From Thermodesulfobacteriota bacterium (GTDB taxonomy: Bacteria > Desulfobacterota > Desulfarculia > JACQYL01), in NCBI GenBank assembly GCA_963675595.2, contig CAXXLZ010000002.1, positions 4,480,001 through 4,544,000 of the forward strand: a stretch of DNA of 64,000 nt. Reading direction: 5' to 3'. A model generated the notes under the pieces. It was given only the letters and a program-made list of their open reading frames with translations. It was not told the origin of the DNA and did not search any database. Each line of letters starts with the position of its first letter. The first letter of the stretch is position 1. This document shows, piece after piece, positions 36,545 to 46,663 of the stretch. The position numbers were made by a program, and so were the translations under genes.

Positions 36545-37993
36545 TTACCGGATGGTGTATTGGTCCAAATCGACTTCTTTGAATTCCACCCGCTCGAAAC
36601 GTTCGGTTCTCGGGTAGGGCGCGGTGGCGTCCATGCCGATTTTCGTGACCGTTCCCCCTTTGCCGTCCGGGTTGATCCGGACCATGGGGTTGAGGATGTG
36701 ACCCCACTGGTCTTTCATCACCATGAGGTCCGTGTCGGGATTGAAGCGGGTGGTGAGGGCCCAGTTCACGTCGATGGGATCATACAGGTTCACGTCCGTG
36801 TCCACGGCGACGACTCGCTGCAGGGGTTTGAACGCTTCGAACGCGGCCATGATCGCCTTGCGGCCCACGTCCTCGCCGTTCTTGTCCACCTGCACCACGG
36901 CGCCGTAGAAACCGCACCCACCCGGCGTCAGGTAGACGGCTTGTAGCTGAGGAATCTGCTTTTTGACGGTGCCGAAGATTTTGGCTTCAGCGGTAAAGCC
37001 CACGGCGTTCCACACTTCCTGTCCGGACAACAGACTGTGGAAAATCGGGTTCTTGCGGTGGGTGATTGCCTTCACCTTCATGACCCAACGTTGGGCCCGT
37101 TCGGCATAGTATCCGGTCACTTCCGCGAAGGGACCTTCCTCCTCGCGTACGTTGGGAAGGATTTCGGCTTCGATGACGAATTGAGCATCCGCGTAGGCCG
37201 GCACGTCCACGGTTTGAGCCTTGATGAAATTGATGGGCCGTCCCACCAACTGATTGGCGATGCCGTACTTGCCGTCCCCTTGTCTCGGGATGGCGGAAAC
37301 GATCCAGGGCGCCAATCCCACCCCGTTGTTGATGGTCACCTCCAAGGGTTCGTTGCGTTTTTCCATGATTTCGAGATACGCGCCCAGGTGTCGACCGGGG
37401 TCGATGAGGAAGGTAAGGCGGTCTTTGCCGGTGATCATGATCCGATGAATGGAAATGTTGGGAACGCCCGTCTCCGGATTCTTCACCACCACGACGGAGC
37501 TGTCGAAATAACGGCCGCCGTCCTTGAGCGCATGGACGGGAACGGGAAGTTTGTACAGGTCCACTTCCGGCTCAACGACCTCGTTGGCGGGACCTTTCTC
37601 CAGGATGGGCGAGGGAAAGGCTTCTTTATTCCGGTGCCACGGACCGATGGCCGACGCGATGACAAAAGGAACTTGTTCTTTGGACACTCCGAAAAGATCG
37701 CCCACAATGTTGCGGTTCCAGAGCAGGCCCATGAACACCGGATATTCGCTGCCTTTGACGTGTTCAAAGAGAATGCATTTCTTGCCTTCATACTTTTTGG
37801 CGATGCCGGCGAGTTCGTATTCGGGGTTCACTTCGGAAACGACCCGCACCAGGTTGCCGGTTTCTTCGAGATGGGAGATGCACGCGGACAGGTCCACCAG
37901 TCGCTGCGCCGCTTCCTCGGAAACGGCCGGAGCGGCGACGGCCGCGGCCGTCAAAGTCAGGCAAAGCAATAGGGCAAGGGTAAGTCTCATCAT
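36545..37993 (-). CDS. UbiD family prFMN-dependent (de)carboxylase with an N-terminal signal peptide
   Basis: MMRLTLALLLCLTLTAAAVAAP, then DLSACISHLE..GNLVRV..EVNP, DGGRY, NISIHR, EEGPFAEVTGYY, VAVDTDVN..D..DVNWALTTR, KIGMDAT. RBS AAGGA. Confidence 0.93.
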   Translation of the reverse strand: MMRLTLALLLCLTLTAAAVAAPAVSEEAAQRLVDLSACISHLEETGNLVRVVSEVNPEYELAGIAKKYEGKKCILFEHVKGSEYPVFMGLLWNRNIVGDLFGVSKEQVPFVIASAIGPWHRNKEAFPSPILEKGPANEVVEPEVDLYKLPVPVHALKDGGRYFDSSVVVVKNPETGVPNISIHRIMITGKDRLTFLIDPGRHLGAYLEIMEKRNEPLEVTINNGVGLAPWIVSAIPRQGDGKYGIANQLVGRPINFIKAQTVDVPAYADAQFVIEAEILPNVREEEGPFAEVTGYYAERAQRWVMKVKAITHRKNPIFHSLLSGQEVWNAVGFTAEAKIFGTVKKQIPQLQAVYLTPGGCGFYGAVVQVDKNGEDVGRKAIMAAFEAFKPLQRVVAVDTDVNLYDPIDVNWALTTRFNPDTDLMVMKDQWGHILNPMVRINPDGKGGTVTKIGMDATAPYPRTERFERVEFKEVDLDQYTIR

Positions 37994-38201
37994 GATCGGT
38001 TTCCTTTCCACGGTTTTCGTTGGGATGTTGCTTCGCCGGTCCAACGCCGGGCAATTCATTTCACGGGGAAAGAAGCTTCGGGCGCTCCTTCGGAAGGCGC
38101 TCGGAGGTTCCAGGATCTTGCGGCCCCTGCATGAACGGAGCGGATCCATGGTCGGCGATGCGGTCCTTATCGGGGAACCGGACAACGCCCTCCCGAAACC
38201 C

Positions 38202-38777
38202 CTATCGGTTTTCTCCCCACCGTTGAAACAATCGGTGCGGTATGTGGAAACAGTCCAATACCTTACCGATGGTCTGCGCGATGATGTCCTCGATGGTTTG
38301 GGGCCCGTGATAGAAGGCGGGTAGAGGCGGCAGGATGGTCGCGCCGTTGCGGGCGGCTTTCAGCATGAGTTCCAGATGGCCCTGATGCAGAGGCGTTTCC
38401 CGCACCACCAGGACCAGGGGACGACGTTCCTTCAGGGTGACGTCCGCCGCCCGGACGATGAGGTTCTCGTTGTACGAATGCGCAACGGCCGAAAGGGTCT
38501 TGATCGTGCAGGGGATGACCGCCATGCCCATGGTGAGAAACGAGCCGCTGGATACGGCCGCGGCAAGGTCCTGATTCCGGTGAACGACGCCGGCGCAGGA
38601 TTCCACCTCTTCGATGGACACCTTGGTTTCCAGGAGGAAGTTCTTTCGGGCCGCTTCGGTCATGATGAGATGCGTTTCGTAGTCGAGCCGCTTCAGGGCT
38701 TTGAGCAGTTCGAAACCGTAGATGACCCCGCTGGCGCCGGATATGCCCACTACGATCCGTCTGATCGCATCATTCAT
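38202..38777 (-). CDS. ubiX: Flavin prenyltransferase
   Basis: IVVGISGASGVIYG, SSGSF, PCTIKTL, RAADVTLKERRPLVLVVRETP, PAFYHGP. Confidence 0.96.
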   Translation of the reverse strand: MNDAIRRIVVGISGASGVIYGFELLKALKRLDYETHLIMTEAARKNFLLETKVSIEEVESCAGVVHRNQDLAAAVSSGSFLTMGMAVIPCTIKTLSAVAHSYNENLIVRAADVTLKERRPLVLVVRETPLHQGHLELMLKAARNGATILPPLPAFYHGPQTIEDIIAQTIGKVLDCFHIPHRLFQRWGENR

Positions 38778-39058
38778 GATTGTGCTCGTCTGAACGAAGT
38801 TCGAGGTAAACCGGATGTGGCACAAGTAGGGCCGGACTTTAGTGTAGCGGGTTCGAGAAATCAAGACACAATCGGTTTGGGTCCAAGCGCCCGGGAGGAG
38901 CTGTGGTTCGGTCCGGGAAAGGGAACGTCGTAAGGCGTGCATGGCGGTTGGAGTGCGGCCGCCGGTGAGGCTCGGCTTCTCCCCGTGATCCGACGAAACG
39001 CAGGAGTGCTCGTCGCACGCGGCCGATTCGAGTCGGCATGCTCGAGCCCAGCCCTCCC

Positions 39059-42000
39059 CTATGGGGACTTTCCATCCGGAGGCAGGGAAGCGTCGGGCTC
39101 GCTACCTTTCAAGGCCTGACGTACTTTGTCCGCCAATATCTCGATGGTGAATGGTTTCTGAAGGAAATGGACACCTTCCTCCAAAATACCGCGATCGGCG
39201 ATGACATTGTTGGTGTAGCCGGACATGAACAAGCATTTCATCTCGGCTTTCAATGCCGTGAGTGCGCGGGCCAATTGGCGCCCGTTCATTTCCGGCATCA
39301 CCACGTCCGTGATCAGCAGATGGATGGGGCCTTCGTGGGATGCGGCCAGCTCCACGGCCTTCTTGGGTGTCCGTGAAGTGAACACGGTATATCCCAATCT
39401 CTCCAACATGGCTTTCGTCAGTGACAGAATCATTTCTTCGTCTTCCACGATGAGCACGGTTTCAAACCCTCCCTGCAGAACCTGCTCCTTGCTCTCCGGT
39501 ATCGCATCCACAGGTTGGTCTTCCACTGCCGGGAGATAAATCTTGAAAGTCGTGCCGATTCCGGGTTCGCTGTAGACGTTGATGAACCCGTCGTTTTGTC
39601 TCACAATGCCGTAAACCGTGGCCAGCCCCAGGCCTGTTCCCCGGCCGATGTCTTTGGTGGTAAAGAAGGGTTCGAACACCCGGGCCAGTGTCTCCTCGTC
39701 CATTCCGCAACCGTCATCGCTGAATCCCAACATAACGTAACGGCCCGGCACGAATTCCGCATGATCGGCGCCATAAGTCTCGTCCAGCAGCACATTCGAG
39801 GACTCGATGGTGACCTTGCCTACGCCGCCGATGGCGTCTCTCGCGTTGACCGCAAGATTGGCCAGGAGCTGATCCATTTGGGAGGGATCGATACTCACAT
39901 TCCAGAGATCGGCGGCCGGCTTCCATTCCAGTTCGACGTCTTCGCCGATGAGGCGGCGGAGCATCTCGAACATTCCCATGACGGTGCTGTTGACATCCAG
40001 TCTGATCGGCCTGACGGTTTGTTTGCGTGCGAAGGCCAGCAATTGTCGGGTCAACCCGGCCGAGCGTTCGGCGGCTCTTCGGATTTCCGTCAGGTGACTC
40101 TTGAGGTGGGGCTCGGAATCAGCTTCCAGGAGCCCGATCTGGGCATGACCCAGGATGACGCCCAGCATGTTGTTGAAATCATGCGCGACCCCGCCCGCCA
40201 GACGACCTACGGACTCGAGCTTTTGGGCTTGGCGCAACTGTGTCTCCAAATGCTTCTGCGTCGCCTCTCTGCGCCGTTGCTCGGTGACGTCCAAATGGAG
40301 ACCGATGCACTTAACCGGATTTCCCTCGTCATCGAATTCGAATCTGGATTGCGATTGCCAGATTCGCTCTTCTCCGTCGGGCAGAACGATCCGGAATTCC
40401 ACAGGCCAATTTCGTTGCTGTTCGATCATTTGTCGAATTTCTTCCTGCATCCTTGGAAAGTCGTCCGGATGCACGAGTTCCCGCATGTTCTCGAACAGTC
40501 GCGCGGAAATTTCTCCGGGTTTTCTCCCGGCCAGGGCGAACATGTTCCGGGAGAACTCCAAGGTATCCGATTTGACATCCCAGCGGTACGAGCCCATGCC
40601 GGCGATTTCCTGGGCGTCGTTTAAAATGGCTTCGCTGTCCCGGAGGTCCTCTTCGGCTCGTTTGCGGTCGGTGATGTCCAGCAAATTGCTGAGGATGTAT
40701 CTTTCGCTGTCGATCTCGAATAACTCAAAATATCCGAGGGCATATCCTTCTTGGCCCGACGAGGTGACGAATTTCATCTCCCGACCCCTCAGGCTTCCTT
40801 TGGCAACGACGGTTTCGATGACGTGCCTTCTCAACTCAGGATCGGCCCAGAGACCGAAATCCGTGGCGGGACGACCCAGGAGCTGCTCCCGTGGATAACC
40901 GACCGTGTCCGCAAAGGCCTGATTCAGATCGATCAACGTTCCGTCCTTGAGTCGGGTGAAGCTCGAGGGGATGGGGCTCAGGTGAAACAGGTTTCTGAAG
41001 AGGTCCTTGGCCTTGGCCGTTTCGGCCTCGGCACGTTTCCGTTCCGTGATGTTCCGAACGAACGCCATGGTCCCTTTTTGTCCTTCAAAATCAAGGGACA
41101 CCGCCGAGACTTCCACGTCCACCTCGGCGCCGTCCAGCGTCAGATATTTCTCCTCCAATAAAGGAACGGACCGTCGGCCTCGGTTCAGTTCTTTGATTCG
41201 GCGTTGTATGACGTCGCGGGATTCGGGATGCAAGCGTTCCATAACGGGCTTGCCGATCAAATCGGTCTGAGACGAGGCTCCAAAGAGCTTCAGCGCAGCG
41301 GGGTTTGCATAAGCGAATCGGTAATTCCTCGCTATGTAGATGGCGTCGGGGGCATTTTCGACCACCAGGCGAAAGCGTTCTTCGCTTTCCTTCAGCTGTG
41401 CCGTCCGCTCCTCCAGCAAATCTTCGACGCGGAGAAGGGCGCGTTCCCTGCGTGCTCCTTCGCACAAGCGAATCAGGTAGTCGGTCTCGAAAGGTTTCCT
41501 CAGGTACGCGGCCGCGCCGTTCTTCATCCATTCCAGGGCCAGCTCGGGACGGGGATCGTTGGTCATCATGAGGACCACGCAATCGGGCCGAATTTTCTTG
41601 AACTTGACCAGGAGAACATCTCCCAGGACGTCTGGAAGGTGATAATCCAGGATGACGACATCGGGAGGAGCGATATTGAATCTGAGCTCGGCTTCCTCAC
41701 CGGATAGAGCCGTGTCGGCCGTGTAGCCGTGGTCTTCCATCGCTCTTTTCAGAAATCCGGCGAGCGTCTTGCTGTCCTCCACAATAAGAGCGCGAGGCAT
41801 CCGTATATGAGGTTGCGCGGTGAGCAGAGACCGAACTTTGGAGATGAGGGAGTCGGGGTCCACGGGCAGACCCAGAAAGCCGTCGGCTCCGACCTCCTCC
41901 GTGATGCGGGCGGCCTCTTCCCCCGTGTAGGTGGCCGAGACGATCAGTATGGGGACAAGATTGAACCTGCTGAATTCCGCTGAGCGAAGCAGGCGGCAGA

Positions 42001-42217
42001 AACGCCAGCCGTCGATTTGAGGCATGTAGAGGTCGGTAATAATAAGGTCGGGTAAGTCCAGCTTCCCGAGCTCTTGGAGCGCTTCTACGGCATTGGAGAA
42101 CGTGGTTGGATGAAAACCCGCTTTGCGGAGCGTGCTTTCCAGCAGGCGCAACTGGAAAGGATTGTCATTGATCAGGACGACTGTCGCCGTGGGCTGAGGC
42201 CCGGATACCGTCTCCAT
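39059..42217 (-). CDS. Cytoplasmic hybrid sensor kinase (REC-REC-PAS-PAS-PAS-HisKA-HATPase-REC)
   Basis: ITDLYMP and ILDYHLP receivers, three PAS/PAC regions (ITERK, ITDRK, VTEQR), AHDFNN H-box, NARDA, FEPFFTTK, GTGLGL, LITDVVMP. Confidence 0.95.
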   Translation of the reverse strand: METVSGPQPTATVVLINDNPFQLRLLESTLRKAGFHPTTFSNAVEALQELGKLDLPDLIITDLYMPQIDGWRFCRLLRSAEFSRFNLVPILIVSATYTGEEAARITEEVGADGFLGLPVDPDSLISKVRSLLTAQPHIRMPRALIVEDSKTLAGFLKRAMEDHGYTADTALSGEEAELRFNIAPPDVVILDYHLPDVLGDVLLVKFKKIRPDCVVLMMTNDPRPELALEWMKNGAAAYLRKPFETDYLIRLCEGARRERALLRVEDLLEERTAQLKESEERFRLVVENAPDAIYIARNYRFAYANPAALKLFGASSQTDLIGKPVMERLHPESRDVIQRRIKELNRGRRSVPLLEEKYLTLDGAEVDVEVSAVSLDFEGQKGTMAFVRNITERKRAEAETAKAKDLFRNLFHLSPIPSSFTRLKDGTLIDLNQAFADTVGYPREQLLGRPATDFGLWADPELRRHVIETVVAKGSLRGREMKFVTSSGQEGYALGYFELFEIDSERYILSNLLDITDRKRAEEDLRDSEAILNDAQEIAGMGSYRWDVKSDTLEFSRNMFALAGRKPGEISARLFENMRELVHPDDFPRMQEEIRQMIEQQRNWPVEFRIVLPDGEERIWQSQSRFEFDDEGNPVKCIGLHLDVTEQRRREATQKHLETQLRQAQKLESVGRLAGGVAHDFNNMLGVILGHAQIGLLEADSEPHLKSHLTEIRRAAERSAGLTRQLLAFARKQTVRPIRLDVNSTVMGMFEMLRRLIGEDVELEWKPAADLWNVSIDPSQMDQLLANLAVNARDAIGGVGKVTIESSNVLLDETYGADHAEFVPGRYVMLGFSDDGCGMDEETLARVFEPFFTTKDIGRGTGLGLATVYGIVRQNDGFINVYSEPGIGTTFKIYLPAVEDQPVDAIPESKEQVLQGGFETVLIVEDEEMILSLTKAMLERLGYTVFTSRTPKKAVELAASHEGPIHLLITDVVMPEMNGRQLARALTALKAEMKCLFMSGYTNNVIADRGILEEGVHFLQKPFTIEILADKVRQALKGSEPDASLPPDGKSP

Positions 42218-43207
42218 GCTTTCCCCTGGATTCAACGCCAATTCTACGGAAGAGAGATTCCCTGTGGCCGGGGGGCCGACTCACGGCCCAGCAAGTGGGT
42301 CCACGTGCCGAATCAAATGGGCATGGCGGGATGACCCCTTATGGTATGGGCTCTTCTCCGAGCAAAGACCGTTGGTCCGGGAAAGGACGGGGCGGAGGGA
42401 GTGAGCAGGGGAGCGTTTTGAAGCGGGCGACCGCATGGGTGCGGGCATGGAGCCGGCTCTGGGGTAGTCGTGACTGCGTGCCGCAAAGGTTCGCACGGGG
42501 CATTGCTGAAATTCCATTTCATCGGAATTAAGAATTACAGAAACGGGTTCGTTTGGCAAGACGGAAACCCGTTTGTTTCAATCGGCTCATGGGGGCGGTG
42601 ATACCGTGCGATATCGGGAATCGAGCGCTCTGCCGGTTTCGTGGCGTGGAAGCGCGATCTCCTTTCCTTCGGCTGTTGAAAGCAAAACGTACCGCAAAAG
42701 GAAGGCCGGCGATTTGCGTTGCCTCGGGTGCGGCGAATAAGTAGAATGCTTCTATTCTTCCTACAGAATTGAAGAGGCTCCTTGCGAACCCCACGTTCTT
42801 GCGCGATGCCCGTGAACCTTCAGAAAGGGGTCGGCCGACGGCCGGTAATACGGGAGTGCTTCTCTTCACCCGACTTGTCGAGGCTTGATGGCCGGCGTTG
42901 TGCGTTGGGTAGACCTGAATGGAACTTCCGAGGAGGACGTTTGAAGTCGTCGCTCGCCGAAACGTCTTCAGGTTCAAACTCCGTGGCTTGCGAGAGAAGC
43001 CGCGCGCTCGCGATTGGGGAAGGACGTTCCATGAAAGGCGCCGTCGAAGCCTCCGGGATGCCTGTCCGGGCCGTGGGGCCTCCGGGGAGGGTGAGAAAAC
43101 CAACAAGCTCGTTTCGCGGGAGCATTCCGTTCCGATACCGGTTTCCGACAGGACCGGACTTTTTCGCCGGGAACGGGAGATTTCGGATCAAAGACGGATG
43201 AGGAAAT

Positions 43208-43243
43208 CCGGCCCGGGGCGTTTCGCCCCGGGCCGTTTTGTCT
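43208..43243 (+). terminator. Strong hairpin in the leader of the liv-type operon
   Basis: CGGCCCGGGGCG-TTT-CGCCCCGGGCCG followed by TTTTGTCTTT, about 40 nt before the ATG. Confidence 0.5.
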
Positions 43244-43280
43244 TTCCACACGGAATCCTTTAATTCGAGGAGGAAGGCCA

Positions 43281-44555
43281 ATGAAATCCGTACGACTGTG
43301 CGTGCTCGTCACCATGGCGCTGGGGATTCTGCTGTTCTCACCGGCGGCTTCTACTGCGGCGAGTGAGATCGTTATCGGGGTCCCCACATCTCTTACGTTC
43401 TTGGAGGGTGAAGAGAGCCTGAACGCGGTGAAACTGGCCGTGGAAGAGATCAATGCGGGAGGAGGGGTGACCGTAGGGGACAAGAAGCTGCCATTCCGGA
43501 TCGAATCCATCGACATTCGCGATGCGTCGCCCGGCGTACCGGTACCGGAAGCCCTCCTGGGCATTGAAAAGATCATCCTCGAGAAGAAGGTCAACGCCAT
43601 CGTTGTGGGGCCGTTCCGCTCGGAAGCGCTCATGGCCGCCATGGACATTATTTCGAAGCATAAGGTACCCCTGCTGGGGACCATCGCTATGTCTCCCAAG
43701 TCCGAGGCCAAACTGATGGAGAATCCGGAGAAATACAAATACATCTTTCGAACCTGCCTGAACGGCAAGTATCTGGTGGGCTATCTCATCGGCGCCATGA
43801 AATTCCTGAATCAGGAATTCGGATTCAACCGGGTGTTCATTATGAATCAGGACGTGGCTTGGGCCAGGGGCGTGGCGGGAGCCATGATCACGAACTTCTT
43901 CCAGAAGGCCGGGTGGACGGTTCTGGATCAGGAAATCTATCCCACCGGATCGTCGGATTTTTCCGCCGGTCTGCTCAAAGCCAAGGCCAAGGACGCCCAG
44001 GTGATTCTGAGCATTTTCGACATGCCCCAGAGCGGAATTTTGGTGAAGCAGTGGAACGCCATGAAAGTGCCGGCCATTATGTCCGGTTTCATTTCGCCCT
44101 TGGCGGGTCCGGGAGCGTGGAAAGCCTTTGACGGCCGCATCGGCGGCGCCCTCAACTCGATTTTTGAACTCGGCAACATTCCCGCCGAAAAGTATCCTCC
44201 AGCCAAGAAGTTCTATGAAGCCTACGCCGAGAAATACGGTAGGGAAATTGAAGCGGGTCATGGCCCCGCGCCTTCCTACGAGTCCGTGTATGTCTTGGCG
44301 GAAGCCATCTCCAAGGCCGGTTCCCTGGATCCGGATCAAATTGTGGAAGCACTGAAAGCCACGGACCGTCAAGGCGTTATGGGTCGGATCAAATTCAGTG
44401 AAGCCAACCAGGTGATTTATGGCTCGGACCCCGCTTCCGCCGCCTTGGGGTGCGTCTATCAGTGGACGGAAGATGGAAAGCGGGCCATCGTGTATCCGCC
44501 TTCCATCGCCGAAGCTAAGGCCGTTCTTCCCGATTTCGTGAAGTCCGCCAAGTAG
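43281..44555 (+). CDS. Branched-chain amino acid (HAAT/LivK-like) ABC substrate-binding protein
   Basis: Signal peptide, AVEEINAGGG, DFSAGLLKAK, YESVYVLAEAISKAGSLD, GVMGRIKF. Confidence 0.92.
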   Translation: MKSVRLCVLVTMALGILLFSPAASTAASEIVIGVPTSLTFLEGEESLNAVKLAVEEINAGGGVTVGDKKLPFRIESIDIRDASPGVPVPEALLGIEKIILEKKVNAIVVGPFRSEALMAAMDIISKHKVPLLGTIAMSPKSEAKLMENPEKYKYIFRTCLNGKYLVGYLIGAMKFLNQEFGFNRVFIMNQDVAWARGVAGAMITNFFQKAGWTVLDQEIYPTGSSDFSAGLLKAKAKDAQVILSIFDMPQSGILVKQWNAMKVPAIMSGFISPLAGPGAWKAFDGRIGGALNSIFELGNIPAEKYPPAKKFYEAYAEKYGREIEAGHGPAPSYESVYVLAEAISKAGSLDPDQIVEALKATDRQGVMGRIKFSEANQVIYGSDPASAALGCVYQWTEDGKRAIVYPPSIAEAKAVLPDFVKSAK

Positions 44556-44784
44556 TCGCCGATCAGCAACGGTGCGGGATTCCGGCGTGATCGCCTTTAC
44601 CGGTGATTGGACATGCCGCACCAAATGTCTGGGCCGGGGGCTCGACGGACGGCCGAGACCTCGGACGGCCAACGGCTTTTCGTTCCGTGCGCCGACGGTT
44701 TCCGCAACGCGAAGGGGGGTCGGAATCGACCTCCGAGTCGGTGACGGCACTCGGATCGTAACCCGGGAATAGGGGAGCGATATC

Positions 44785-45657
44785 TTGATACTGGGAACCC
44801 TGGTTTACGGCTTCATCAACAGTGTGATCCTGGCGCTCACGGCCATGGGGTTCAACCTTACCTTCGGCATCAGCGGAGTGGCCAATTTTTCCTACGGGGC
44901 TTTATACATCCTGGCAGGCTACTTGGTTTGGATCTTCATCAATCTGCTGTCCCTTCCCTATCTCGTGGGGGTGGCCTTGTCCGTCCTGGCCACCGCCGCC
45001 GCCGGAGCCTTGATGTATCGATTCATCCTGTTGCGTCTTAGGGGCATGGTGGTGTCGGAGGTGATCGCCACCTTCGCCGTGGGACTTATTATTCTGGAAC
45101 TCTTTCGGTACCTGGGGTTCATCGGATTCCAGTATACGCTCCCCGTGTTTTGGCCCGGCAGCGTGGACATTTTCGGCGTATATGTGGATTACCAGCGCGT
45201 GGCCATTGTGGGCATCGGTTTGGTGCTCGCTCCGGGGCTCTATCTGTTTATCCATCACACTAAGACTGGACTTGCGTTTCGCGGAATTGCCCAAGAAGAA
45301 AAAACCGCCCTATCCTTGGGGATTCCCTCCGACCGGATCGCCGGATTGAGCGTGGCTTTCGGTGCCGGTCTGTCCGCCGTTGCCGCAATCGCCGTCCTTC
45401 CTTTGGGCACCATATCGGCCGAAGGCGGGTACGATGTGCTGGTAAACGCACTAGCCGTCTGCATCGTGGGAGGATTGGGGAGCGCGGTGGGCGTGGTGCT
45501 GGCGAGTTTCATCATCGGGTATGCTCAAATGGTCACTTCGACCTATTTGGGCGCGAGTTGGGTCATGATCGTGAGCTTGGTGGCCATTCTCGTCATTCTG
45601 GTGGTAAAGCCTTCCGGTTTGTTCGGCCGACAGAAGGAATTGGAAGAGAGGATTTGA
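44785..45657 (+). CDS. HAAT ABC permease (LivH-like)
   Basis: ALTAMGFNLTFGISGVANFSYG, TKTGLAFRG, IVGGLGS, KPSGLFG. Confidence 0.92.
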   Translation: MILGTLVYGFINSVILALTAMGFNLTFGISGVANFSYGALYILAGYLVWIFINLLSLPYLVGVALSVLATAAAGALMYRFILLRLRGMVVSEVIATFAVGLIILELFRYLGFIGFQYTLPVFWPGSVDIFGVYVDYQRVAIVGIGLVLAPGLYLFIHHTKTGLAFRGIAQEEKTALSLGIPSDRIAGLSVAFGAGLSAVAAIAVLPLGTISAEGGYDVLVNALAVCIVGGLGSAVGVVLASFIIGYAQMVTSTYLGASWVMIVSLVAILVILVVKPSGLFGRQKELEERI

Positions 45658-45664
45658 ATCTCCC

Positions 45665-46663
45665 ATGCAGCGCAGACGGGAACGCATCGACAGGGGAATC
45701 AAGGTACGCAGCGAGGACCTCTTCGCCCTCACATCCCATCGGGAAATGCTTTATCTCGTTCTTCCCAGAGTTTTGCCCGTATTGGCGGTGCTCGTTCTTT
45801 CTCTGACGGTGAGCGGCTACTGGCAGCGCGTACTGATCTCGGCATCGGTCTTCGCCGTGCTGGCTTTGAGCTGGGACCTGCTCATGTGTTGCGGTATGGT
45901 CTCTCTGGGACAGGCCCTGTTCTTCGGAGTGGGCGCCTACATCTCGGGCTGGCTGAATCATGCCCTGGGTTGGAGTCCTTTTTTGACGGTTCCGCTGGCG
46001 GCCGTGTTGGGCGGGGCTTTGTGCACGGCGTTGTTGGTGCCCGTGCTCAGGCTCAGGGGCGTCTATTTCTCCATGGTGACTCTGGTGTTGCCTCTCATGT
46101 TTGAACGGATCATCGAGGCGACCAAAATTCTCGGAGGTACGGAAGGCATCAGCGGGCTTGACTCCTTTCCCCATGAATCGTTCGAGCTGTATCTCCCGTT
46201 GGCTGCGGCGTGGATCGGTCTGTTCGGTCTGCGGCGTATGATGGGCACGGACTACGGGTTGGTTCTCAAGGGAGTCAACGACAACGACCGATCCGTCATG
46301 AGCTCGGGAATCAACATTTATGTACTAAAGGCGCAGGCCCTCTTTATCGGGGCTTCCATGGGGGCCTTCGCCGGTGCGATCATGACTCATGTGTACATGT
46401 TCGTGGGCATGCCGGTTTTCGCGTTGGACTACTCCATCATGCCCATCGCCGCGGCCGTGGTGGGAGGCATGGGCACCTTTGCCGGTCCCATGCTGGGGGC
46501 TTTCCTATTGGTTCCCTTATCGGAATTATTGCGTGGATTCGGGGGGCTGCGTATTATCATCTATTCCCTTTCCTTGGTGATTTTCATTGTGGCCCTGCCG
46601 GAAGGCATCTTTCACTATCTGCAAAGAAAGTACTCCCAGTTCGAACGATGGACGCAACTGTAA
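45665..46663 (+). CDS. HAAT ABC permease (LivM-like)
   Basis: GMVSLGQALFFGVGAY, LRLRGVYFSMVTL, VVGGMGTFAGP, PEGI. Confidence 0.92.
   Translation: MQRRRERIDRGIKVRSEDLFALTSHREMLYLVLPRVLPVLAVLVLSLTVSGYWQRVLISASVFAVLALSWDLLMCCGMVSLGQALFFGVGAYISGWLNHALGWSPFLTVPLAAVLGGALCTALLVPVLRLRGVYFSMVTLVLPLMFERIIEATKILGGTEGISGLDSFPHESFELYLPLAAAWIGLFGLRRMMGTDYGLVLKGVNDNDRSVMSSGINIYVLKAQALFIGASMGAFAGAIMTHVYMFVGMPVFALDYSIMPIAAAVVGGMGTFAGPMLGAFLLVPLSELLRGFGGLRIIIYSLSLVIFIVALPEGIFHYLQRKYSQFERWTQL

Noticed and set aside
42670-42730. c-di-GMP-I riboswitch-like GCAAAA...CGCAAAA
   Set aside because: The GAAA tetraloop stem and the second conserved stem are missing.
42889-42904. Sigma54-like TGGCCGGCGTTGTGC
   Set aside because: The GG-N10-GC spacing is right, but the match is otherwise poor and likely by chance in GC-rich DNA.
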